This document shows, in pieces, positions 52,940-64,000 of a stretch of DNA of 64,000 bases (position 1 is the first letter of the stretch; every line of letters begins with the position of its first letter). A program made the translations under genes and the position numbers. Location: contig OX597818.1 in assembly GCA_951406725.2 (NCBI GenBank), positions 60,946,001-61,010,000 on the forward strand, given 5' to 3'. Below the pieces are notes generated by a model. That model was not told the DNA's origin. It saw only the letters and a program-made list of their open reading frames with translations, and did not search any database. This stretch comes from Octopus vulgaris. Taxonomy: Eukaryota.

Positions 52940-53445
52940 ATCCTCGTCATCATCATCCTTGTCATCATCTTCATCCTCATCTTTGTCATCATCTTTGTCA
53001 TCATCTTTGTCATCATCTTTGTCATCATCTTCGTCATCATCTTCGTCATCATCTTCGTCATCATCTTCGTCATCATCTTCGTCATCATCTTCGTCATCAT
53101 CGTAATCATCTTCGTCATCATCCTTGTCATCATCTTCGCCATCATCTTCGTCATCATCTTCATCATCATCTTCATCATCATCTTCGTCATCATCTTCGCC
53201 ATCATCTTCGTCATCATCTTCATCATCATCTTCATCATCATCTTCATCATCATCCTTGTCATCATCTTCGTCATCATCTTCGTCATCATCTTCATCATCA
53301 TCTTCGTCATCATCTTCGTCATCATCATCCTCATCATCTTCTTCATCATCATCCTCATCATCATCATCTTCATCATCATCTTCGTCATCATCATCATCAT
53401 CATCCTCATCATTGTCATCATCCTCATTATGATCGTCATCCATCA
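52940..53445. repeat. (TCA)n-derived 12-bp periodic repeat (tcttcgtcatca)
   Basis: Direct reading. Confidence 0.95.
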
Positions 53446-55489
53446 TTCTCATCCTCGTCCTTGTCATGCTTACTTTTCCATGCTATCATAGCTTGAACAG
53501 TCTATTGAGGAAGATCATCGATGGTCAGGTGCCTTTCCTGTCACCAACCCTCACCTCTTTCAAAATGAAGATAAGATTTTTCCCATGGCTAGACATGTTT
53601 TTTTTTGTTTTTTTCCTAGAATATCAGAAATGAATGACGCTACCTGTATCACTGTGACCATCTCTCATACTGTCAAGACGGAGACATCAAGACACATGCA
53701 TGTTAGTGTGTCTGTCTGTCTGTCTCCTTGCCTTGACATTGTGTAATAGTCGTAAACAAGTGACACTGTCATACAAGCAGTGTCGTAAACAGTTTCCATC
53801 TACCAAATCCACTCACAAAGTTTTGGCCAGCCTGAGGCTACAGTAGAAGGCCTTTGCCCAAGGTGCCATGCAGTGGGACTGAACCAGGAACCATGTGGTT
53901 GGGAAGCAAATTTCTCAAACCCTGCTCCCCACTGCCGTTGCCATGCCTGCCTGCCTACACCTCAACATTGCCTTTCCTAATTATTTGGTGGAAACATATG
54001 TCAGACGGGGAAAAGGAAGATAACGATAATTGCAAATATCTTCCATTTCTCTAAGTTAAAACTCTTGCGAGTAAGCAAAGATCGTTTATTGATAGGAATA
54101 TTTCTAGATAAAGGTAATTTATTAACGATGTTAATTTCTTGATAAACATTTAATGAATCAGAAGAAGCCATTTGGGATGAAGAGCCATGATCTTTTCTTT
54201 TTCTTCTTACTAACGACTCAACCAAATTATTTACTCGTTATATGTTCTGACAAATCAAGAAATATCAATCTAGTTTCTCATCAAATAATGCAACAATAAT
54301 AGATTATAAATAATGAAATCCATTATTTATACAATAGAAGACTAATCTATTGATTTCTGTATGAAACTCGTTAAGGGCAATAAATAATACCGGATGCAGC
54401 TAAATTGGGTGATAATTAATTACGTCTTTTTATGGTCTGAGTTCAAACCTTGATAGAATCTATTTTGCTTTTTCATTTCTCTGAGATTAATAAATTAATC
54501 GTCAGTCAATATCTGGGAGCTAATTTAATTGATCATTTTAATCTTCAGTCACTGGAATGGCTGCGTGGGTGAGAGGTTTGCTGCTCAGTCATGTGGTTTG
54601 GGTTCAACCCCCTGTGTGGGCACCTTGGACAAATGTCCTCTGCTACATCCCACAGGCCATGGGAGTGGAATTGGTAAATGGAAACTGGAAGGTGTCGGAA
54701 TGGCTGTGTGGTAAGTAGCTTGCTTACCAACCACACAGTTCCGGGTTCAGTCCCACTGCATGGAACCTTGGGAAAGTGTCTTCTACTATAGCCTCAGGTC
54801 AACCAAAGCCTTGTGAGTGAATTTGGTAGATGGAAACTGAAAGAAGCCCATCATATATATATATGTATGTGTGTGTATATATGTTTGTGTATCTGTGTTC
54901 GTTCCCCACAACATCACTTGACAACTGATGCCGGTGTGTTTACATCCCTGTAATTTAGTGGTTTGGCAAAAGGGACAGATACAATAAGTACTAGGCTTAC
55001 AAAGAATAAGTCCTGGGGTCGATTTGCTCAACTAAAGATAGTGCTCCAGTATGGCCACAGTCAAACGACTGAAACAAGTTAAAGAAAAGAATACATAACC
55101 ATGTATGGATGGGTATTTGTGTGTGTGTGTCTGTGTATATGCATTTGTGTGTGAGTGTGCGTCTTCATCTGGAGATTGCACAACAGATGTAAATGAGTGT
55201 CACCTTCTTATAAGTGGTGTCACTCATTGCCAGTCTTCTGTGAAATGTTTGGTCAGAGGTAAATATATTCTTTTGAAACGAATGGTGATTGGCAACAGGA
55301 ATATCCCGCTATAGAAAACCTGCTCAACAAATTACATCCGACCTTTTCAAGCAAGGAAGAATTGAGGATGATGACGACAACTCTTCTTTGAAAGAAGAGA
55401 AATAAGGCTGGTTTGGAAGATGAGTGGAGCATGACTGTATGGGGGAAAAAAGACAATGAATTACAGCAGAGAATGGATGGAAATTAAGA

Positions 55490-55817
55490 CAGTTCTATAT
55501 TTAAGAGATGAAGAATTATGTACATTATTTACATTTGACGGATGTTTGATATACCCTCCAGCTTTCATCAGGTGTCTTATTATTGTTATTACTATTGCTA
55601 TTCAGGTCACTGCTTGGAATCAAACTCAGAATCTTGTAGTTAGTAGCGCATGCTCTTAACCACTATGCCATTTGTTAAGAATGCGGGCTACTAACCACAA
55701 GATTCCGAGTTTGGTTCCAAGCAGTGACCTAAATAATAATAATAATAATAATAATATCGAAAAATACCTTAGGGATAAGAACCCAGGTTCGACCTTTCCC
55801 CAAGATACCTGATGAAG
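55490..55817. mobile_element. Second, decayed copy of the fold-back tRNA-head/hammerhead element
   Basis: Same head-to-head layout; right arm ends at CTGATGAAG. Confidence 0.75.
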
Positions 55818-55899
55818 TCAGTTTTGCTAGAGAGATGTCCTTCACGATGGTTACCTCCCTTTCATGAACTTAAATATAATGTATTTTACATCAGTTTAA

Positions 55900-56988
55900 C
55901 CCTTTCGTTACTATATTTCTGACCAAAATACACCCCTTATGTGTTTCAATTAATTTCTAACATAATCATAAATTTAGTCTGGTTTCATTAAACAACTATA
56001 ACTTTTTTATTTATCAATATATTAACGTGATTTTTGGAAGATAATTTAATGAAATGTTCTCAAACAGTTCTATACTATAATTTTTGTCACAAAGTGACTC
56101 TAATTGCAGGTAGATACAGGTAAATTCAACAAAATATAAAATTATTAAAATTTTGTTCAAAGATCGCTATAGAAAATAGGTTATTAGCTAATATTCAATC
56201 GGGTATACAACAAAATTTTACGATAGAATTTATTATTCTGGGTAACTTTCTGATACCCATAATAATATTTATGGCAAAATAGTCTTAATTTCATTTAAGG
56301 TTGTGGGAAACCACTAACTATCCTTTCTTTCGCTTTGTTTACATTTAGCGTAACGGTACGTTTCCGCCGTAATGATTTCAAATAGGCTCATTCGAAAAAG
56401 TAAAAAAAGAAATAGTCTAAGGCTTTACCCTTCTGGGAAAGTCTGTGGCTTGGTCCAGTTTCTTCAGAAAAATCACCGAAAGAAACAGTTTTTAAATTTT
56501 CACTCCATTCAGGTGCCAATTCATTTTCTTTATCGCTGTCGGAGCTCTCGGATTCACTGTTTTCATTTTCGGAAAATGAGACATCAAATTCATTATCAAA
56601 TACCACGTGCTTTTTTTTTTTCAGTCATAGAGTTAGATTTATCAAGGTCTTCAGTAGAAAATCCTTCGAATTCTGACTCGCCGCTTGATATAATGAAATT
56701 CGTATCCATTTTTTGTCAGAATTACAAATTTTGAAAACACAATAGGGACAAATTTCGGAAAAAAATCTCCCAAAATTCACGGAATTAAAATTACACTTCA
56801 ATTATTGTACAAAACTGTAGATGAACTGTTTACGAAGTATAATACGTGTTTTCACGAATGTACTAAAGAGATTTGCTCTGATATTCTCATTTAAATATGA
56901 ATAGGTAAATACGGGCGGGTTTGAGCGGTTTGGTCACATTAACCAAAATTTTTTTCAGGCGGCTTTGGGCGGTTTGGTAACGAAAGGG
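55900..56988 (-). mobile_element. Internally deleted piggyBac element
   Basis: TTAA|CCCTTTCGTTAC ... GTAACGAAAGGG|TTAA; carries transposase N-terminus. Confidence 0.9.
56330..56709 (-). pseudogene. piggyBac transposase N-terminal fragment (frameshifted)
   Basis: MDTNFIISSGESEFEGF, acidic stretch, ALDYFF, ITAETYRYA (ETNRYA-like). Confidence 0.75.
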
Positions 56989-58263
56989 TTAAACTGGTAG
57001 CACACACAAACACACACACATATATCATCATCATTTAACATCTGCTTTCCATGCTGGCATGGGTTGGACAGTTTGACTGAAGGCTGGCAAGTCAGGAGGC
57101 TGCGCCAGGCTCCAATCTGATCTGGCAAAGTTTCTACATTTTGATGCCCTTCCTAATGCCAACCACTCCAAGAATGTAGTGGGTGCTTTATATGTGCCAG
57201 CAGCACAAGGGCCAGTCAGGTGGTACTGGCATCGACCATGCTTGAATGGTCCTTTTTACATGCCACTGGTATGGGAGCCAGTCAGCCTGTCCCTGTATCA
57301 TACTTCAGTGTTCAACTCTTGACATAGTTACTCCCACTTTGAATACTCCCCCTCCCCCACACATACTTAATAATGGGAGTTTTTCCTTTTTCCCCCTATT
57401 CTTTTTCTTCTGCCTTGCAAATTACTTGGCGACCTCACCAGTGTTGGTGACATGAACTAAAAGCCCCCAGTCCATGCTGTAAAGTAGTTGGTGTTATGAA
57501 GGGCATCCAGCCATAGAAACCCTGCCAAAGTTGGCAAAGGAGCCTAGCATACTGGATCCTGTCAAGCTGTCCAACCCATGCTCGCATGGAAAGCAGACAT
57601 TTGATGATGTTGATATAGGATGGCCCACCACACAGCTTCTACAAAGCTTCACTTTCAAGGCATTAATAACCTGTTGAGGCATGTGGCTGTGAACATTTCA
57701 GCACCTCTATTAAACAAATGTGTTGAAGGTGATACTATTCAGAGCACTGAACTAAATGCCCTTGAAATACTTGGTTGTAACCCTTTCAGTTCTGAGTTCA
57801 AATCATCATCATCATCGTTTAACGTCTGCTTTCCATTCTAGCATGGGTTGGGCGATTTGACTGAGGTCTGGCGAACCAGAAGGCTGCACCAGGCTCCAAT
57901 CTTGATTTGGCAGAGTTTCTACAGCTTGATGCCCTTCCTAACGCCAACCACTCAAGAGTGTAGTGGGTGCTTTTACGTGCCACCATGCATGATGGCCAGT
58001 CAGGCGGTACTGGCAAAGGCCATGCTCAAATGGTGCTGTTTATGTGCCACCTGCACAGGAGCCAGTCCAGCGGCACTGGCAACTACCTTGCTCGAGTGTT
58101 TATTCACGTGCCTCCAGCACAAGTGCCAGTAAGGCGCCGCAGGTAATGATCAAGCTTGAACAGTGCTGTTTATGTGCCACTGGCACGGAAGCCAGTTTGT
58201 TGCTCTGGCAACCATCACATTCGGATGGTACTTTTAGCGCTTCACTAGCATGATTTCAAACAG

Positions 58264-58368
58264 AAGTCATGGAGTCAGTAGACAACACCCAGCCACCCCC
58301 TGTGCCAATGTACCCAGTACCAGTGGAGCCACATACTGGCCCCACCATTGGGGAATTGCAGTATTTTG
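58264..58368 (+). CDS. Candidate coding exon of unidentified protein (VMESVDNTQPPPVPMYPVPVEPHTGPTIGELQYF)
   Basis: aaacag| acceptor, G|gtgagg donor, 105 nt, open frame, non-repetitive GC-richer composition. Confidence 0.55.
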
Positions 58369-60349
58369 GTGAGGCAAAAGGTTATTTCAGAATGGAGCAT
58401 ACAGTGGGTACAACTTGCAATAAAGACTTCGTTTTCACTAAGCATTTCTGTCAGTGAAGGTGTGTGGTCTGGTGGTTAGGTGTGTTTCACTCACGATTGC
58501 GAGACTGTGGTTTCAATTCCCAGACTGGTTGTGCATTGCATTCTTGAGCAAGGCACTTCATTTCCTGTAGCTCTAGTCCAGTCAGCTGTAAATAGATAAT
58601 CCTGTGACAGAATAGCCTCCTGATCAGGGGGGAGGTTGGCCTGACTGCCTAGCCAGCAGGGTGGCTTCATCTAAAAGCTAAATTGAAGCAAAGTACATTG
58701 AGACTGGTCGATCATGTGATTTGCATTACGTATGATACACAGATGGCTACTTTAATCTAAATCCACTTCTATTGCATATAATGGATTTTTTTTTTTATAT
58801 TCACCTGGGCAGCTAATTGCAATATCACTGGTTGTTCAGTCACTAATTTCCTTGTTTTGATAGTGACAGATTTTCTCTTAGCATGTGGTTGGCTTTGAGT
58901 ACATGACAAAGCGCAAGAGGTAGAAAGGCATGTCTAGCTTCTCGCTGTGATTTTCATCAGCTGAAATAGTTTGTTTTAAACACAGCATCTCCAAAAGAGA
59001 TGCCATCTCTTGATGAATCCACCAGGAAATATACCTTTTGCAATGTAATAACAATGATACACAAATGACTATCTTTACCTAATCCTGCTTCTCTTGCACA
59101 TACATACATACTTTGTTGTGTTTGGGGAGGGTCATTCTCTTTTAGTGCCTTATAATTTAACTCACTCACTGGTAAAGTTTCCACTCATTTACTTATTCTT
59201 AATTTTTTTTTTCTAAATTTGTTTTGCAAGATTCTTTATGTGAGTTTGTGTGTTGAAGCAGATTTTGTTGCGTCTGGGGAGAGTCACTCTTTTTTAGTGC
59301 CTTATAATTTAACTCACTCACTGGTAAAGTTTCCACTCATTTACTTATTCGTTTTTCCCAAAATGAAATAACCCTGCGACGGAATAGCCTCCTGATCAGG
59401 GTGGGGGTGGGGGTGGGATGACTGACTTGCCAGCAGGGTGGCTTCATCCAAAAGCTAAAATGATGCAAATTGCATTGTGACCAGTGATGTATAGCATCTG
59501 ATACTCTGGTCAATCATGCGATTTGCATTAAGTATGATACACAGATGGTTACTTTAATCTAAATCCACTTCTATTGCTTATAATGTTTGTGCACTCCGAT
59601 GGTCTTATATCATGTCTACAGCTGGATGCCCTTCCTGACGTCAACCACTCCAAGAATGTAGTGGGTGCTTTAACACGCCACCGGCACGAAGGCCAGTCAG
59701 ATGGTACTGGCATCGACCACAGTATCAGTGGTGACTCCGGAACTTGGGCTGTTTGGGCTTAGCCTGAGTATAAATTTGCTAAAGTGAATGTGCATTTGCA
59801 AGCTGATTTAATTTCTGCCAACACTGACTTCAAGTATGCGATCCCTGCTAATAACTCGGGCTCCTTTTGCTGAGCCTAGTTACAGTTCATTTATTTTTGT
59901 TCAGCATCTGGTGGTGTCTTAGAAGTGCCCTGTGTAAAAAAAATATCATTCATAGCTGACATTCTCTTCTATATCGTTCACACGTGCCTGAAGTTACAGC
60001 TGAAGTTGTTATCTACAATTGTAAAAATTAAAAGTAATTCAAATTCAATGTTTTCTTGAAACAATAAATTTCTACAGAGATTAGGGTTTAAACCCCAATC
60101 TATGAAAAGTTACTGTTCTACAATATTCTTAAAGGAAAGAAAATTTATCCAGCAACTCAGGCTGATACAAACAAGCCTGGTAGGTGTAAAAAAAACTACC
60201 TGGCATCTCTTGTCAATAGCACAGGTGACAGTCAGATCGCTGATGTTTGTGCACTTCGCTGGTGTTATTTGATTGGTGTTATTTTGTGCGTCTGTGTATA
60301 AAGTTCAGTTGTGTTCACAGGATTTGCTTTATTTTTACCCTTAACTTAG

Positions 60350-60382
60350 AACTGGAGAAAGACATAGTGCTAGATATAAAAA
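60350..60382 (+). CDS. Candidate 33-nt coding exon ((E)LEKDIVLDIK)
   Basis: tttatttttacccttaacttag| acceptor, |gtaagt donor, phase 1 matches the previous exon. Confidence 0.55.
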
Positions 60383-61022
60383 GTAAGTCATTTGAGGCTA
60401 GAAAGAAAGTGGAAAAACATAAAACTCTTCGAATACGCTGTGATGGGCCAGAGTGATGCTGATGACCTGGAGTCTTCTTATTCTTATGAATTAACTCTGA
60501 AATTGGGACTGATATGATAATAACGGAATTTTTTAGAAATTTCTATCGGCTTGCTTTCGAGACACGTGCTTATAGTGATAAATTATATGGTTATTGACAA
60601 TTTGTCTATTTTCGGCATTAGAAATTTTTTTCATTTTGCCCTTGTTTATAAGTTGTTTATAAATTTAACCTTTAAAAGTATTTTTTGATATGCTGGCCAT
60701 TGATAGAATTTTTTTTGAAAAAATTTATCCTATATTAGATGTATATATATGTGTGTGTGTGTGTATGTATAACCATTGTCATTGTTTTAACATCCACTTT
60801 TCCATGCTTGCATGAGTCGGATGGAGTTTATCAATGCAAATTTTCTGCAGCTGGATTCCCTTCCTTTTACTAATTAATGGATGATAAAAGAACAAGAATT
60901 ATGCAATAACTTCCATTCCCTTACCACTGTTTCTACTATGAGAAGCCATTTAAATGGCAGCGTGGAAGCACTCAGCTCTGAATGCACTGCTGCAAATAGC
61001 AGAAACAACTGTAAGCTAAAAA

Positions 61023-61254
61023 GGTGGTGAGCTGGCAGAAATGATAGCACGCCGGGCAAACTGCTTTGTGGTATTTTGTCCACCGCTGCATTCTGAGTTC
61101 AAATTCCAACCGAGGTCGACTTTGCTTTTCATCCTTTCGGGGTTGATAAATTAAGTACAAGTGACGCACTGGGGTCAATGTAGTCGACTTAATCCGTTTG
61201 TCTGTACTTGTTTGCCCCCTCTGTGTTTAGCCCCTTGTGGGTAGTAAAGAAATA
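61023..61254 (+). mobile_element. Monomeric SINE with degenerate TSD
   Basis: agaaacaactgtaagctaa / agaaacaattgaagctaa flanks. Confidence 0.8.
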
Positions 61255-61979
61255 AGAAACAATTGAAGCTAATGAAAGTGACTACATAATTACTGTTCTT
61301 TTGCCGGACATTAACTGTTATTATGCTGTATATTCACTTGACTTTGGTGGTTCTCAGTAAGGGTTCACAGGATCATTTGTGGGGTCCATATCAGATTTTG
61401 CTTTTGAAGTTTCGGTGCTATAAAATAGTTATACTGCTACAATACACAAATATGTTAACAATTTTTTTAATAGAGTTCCTAATAATTTCTAATTATAAAA
61501 CTATAATAGGGTTTTTTAAACAGTGATTGGCTATGAGGGTCCCTGCGAGTAGAACGGGAATCAAAGAGGTCCCCAAAGAGGAAATGGTTGAGAACCACTG
61601 AGTCATGCTAAATCATAGGTATGTTGAGTTCTGATGACTGCTTCTTGGTATCACTGTGCCTAAGTGAAACCATAATAGCATGTGTGTGGTTGGCGTTAGG
61701 AAGGGCATCCATCTGTAGAAACTTTGCCAGATCAGACTGGAGCCTGGTGCAGCCTTCTGGCTTGCCAGCCCTCAGTCAAACCAACCAACCCATGCCAGCA
61801 AGGAGAGCGAACGTTAAATGATGATGATGTGCGTGTGCTATGTGCTGTGTCCATTTATGGTGGGGCACACACGTTTTGGAAAATCAAAATAGGATTTTGG
61901 ATAAAAAATGTTTAGGCAAACAGCATCATGCTCCTACATCTACTTTGGATGTTGTCTGCAGTTGAATGCTCTTCTTTAA

Positions 61980-62199
61980 CCCTTTCATTACAGTATTTAT
62001 TTTGGGATGCTCTGTGATTCTTTCAATTAATTTAAATATAACAAAGAATTTAATAAAATAACTTAGTTATCATTAAGCTAGTGTTAGGAACATAAATTGT
62101 GACTAAGGTTTGGTGGAAGATTTTAATTCAAAACTTATGAAAACAAGACATTTATACGCAGAGCCAGAGCTAGTTTCAGTCGGGTTGGTATCAAAAGGG
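61980..62199. mobile_element. piggyBac-type MITE
   Basis: TTAA|CCCTTT ... AAAGGG|TTAA; same family as 37331-38054. Confidence 0.85.
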
Positions 62200-64000
62200 T
62201 TAAGCCATTCACTTTGCAGTTTGTACAGGATACTTTTTAACCTGGCCCCACCACCAATGGAGTTGCTATGTAGCTTGCAAGACAAGTGAATAGAGTTAAA
62301 GTATTAGATAAAGGTCCAGAACAGGTTTCTTGCTGAAGGAGAACAACACAGTCACTCACATTGTAGAAGAGAAGGTGGGTGGGGACAGAGTGGAGATGGA
62401 GAAGCATGAAAGCTGTTGAAATGAGGCGTTGAAGTTTACTCTCAAGACACAGGGTGAGTGGCAATAGGAGAATAAGAAATGCAGGTGGGTAGTGGTGGCA
62501 AAAGAGTATGGAACTGTGTGTGTGTGTGTGTATGGGTATATCATATATCATCATTATCATCGATTAACTTCTGTTTTCCATGCTGGCATGGGTTAGACCG
62601 TTTGACAGGAGCTAGCAGGCCAGAGGGCTGCCTCATCTCTTTTGGCATGGTTTCTAGGACTGGATGCCCCTCTCAAATGCCATCCACTTTACACTGTACT
62701 GGGTGCTTTTTATCTATCATCATCATCATCGTTTAACGTCCGTTCTCCATGCTAGCATGGGTTGGACGGTTCGACCGGGGATCTGGGAAGCCAGAAGGCT
62801 GCACCAGGCTCCGGTCTTATCTGGCAATGTTTCTTCAGCTGGATGCCCTTCCTAACGCCAACCACTCCATGAGTGTAGTGGGTGCTTTTTACGTGCCACC
62901 CGCACAGGTGCCAGGCGAGGCTGGCAACGGCCACGGTCGGATTGGTGCATTTTATGTGCCACCGGCACGGAAGCCAGTTGAGGCGGCACTGGCTTCAGCC
63001 ACGATTCAGATGGTGCTTTTTATGTGCCACCGGCACGGAAGCCAGTCGAGGCGGCGCTGGCATCGGCCACGATTCGGATAGTGCTTTTTACGTACCACCA
63101 GTCCAGGGGTCCTGGCATCTGCCGGGTGCCAGTCATAGGATTGGTTCAATTTCGATCCCGAATCCGATTTCGATATCTATGTATATATTTTGTGTGTGTG
63201 CCATACTTGTGTTTGTGCCTCGTGACTTTCCAGTTCAATGTTCTGTTACTTGTCCAAATGTTATTCTCTTATTTCTTCAACTTTGTTGGAATCGCTTCTG
63301 TCTTTGTGGCTGCACACTCATACATCACTTTCGATAAAATAGTAATTAACATATCCAGAATATGTCAATCACAAGACGAGATTAACGACCTAATTAGCAA
63401 ATCGTAAACACCATTTCTAAAGCAGCCCAAGATGGACAGATCTGTAATACATAATCGTGACTCAATGACATGCTTTTGACAGATCAACACTTCATCATTT
63501 TTACATGACAACATATTGCAGACAGCTCTGCAATATATAATATCTAATTGCTGATGTTAGTCAGACAGAACTGAAGTGTAGATTCCATATAATGATGGAA
63601 ATTGACCAGGTTTACAATACACAGTTTCTGCAGATATATTATATCAGTCCTTTAACTCCTAATGTTCCAAACTTAATATTCTCGGATCTGATCTTACCAC
63701 TTCATCACAAGTTTCCCTGGTGTTGTATTGGCCACAGGTAATTTTTAACTGCAAATTCAAAGTAATTTTTCTCCCAGTGCCGGTGGCACGTATAAGAACC
63801 ATCCGAACGTGGCCATTGCCAACTCCGCTTCGACTGGCCTCTGTACCGGTGTCACATAAAAAGCACCAACCAATCGTGGCCATTGCCAGCCTTGCCTGGC
63901 ACCTGTGCTGGTGGCATGTAAAAAGCACCCACTACACTCACGGAGTGGTTGGTGTTAGGAAGGGCATCCAGCTGTAGAAATACTGCCAGATCAGACTGGG

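Noticed and set aside
52799-53491. Poly-Asp/Glu 222-aa ORF and overlapping frames
   Set aside because: Trinucleotide-derived repeat open in several frames; no convincing splice or coding context

Overview
AT-rich, repeat-saturated eukaryotic DNA, most likely an octopus/cephalopod genome (inferred from the SINE, RTE-tail and microsatellite repertoire). Most supplied ORFs are microsatellite artefacts. The window holds tRNA-derived SINEs (several multimeric or nested, with TSDs), RTE/CR1 LINE 3' remnants, many non-autonomous Helitrons, piggyBac and Tc1/mariner-type MITEs, mariner, piggyBac and Gypsy protein fragments, and a probable solo LTR. It opens with an inverted duplication with ~1.7-kb arms (1-4158). 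Sparse splice-signal evidence suggests a large + strand host gene: promoter-like regions near 6.1 and 11.1 kb and phase-compatible exons at 58264-58368 and 60350-60382. The most striking feature is a fold-back retroelement (18035-18579, 12-bp TSD; second copy 55490-55817) with two head-to-head tRNA-like Pol III promoters, each arm running into a Penelope-type minimal hammerhead ribozyme motif. Other hammerhead-like motifs occur elsewhere. All calls were made by eye; coordinates of degenerate repeats are approximate.
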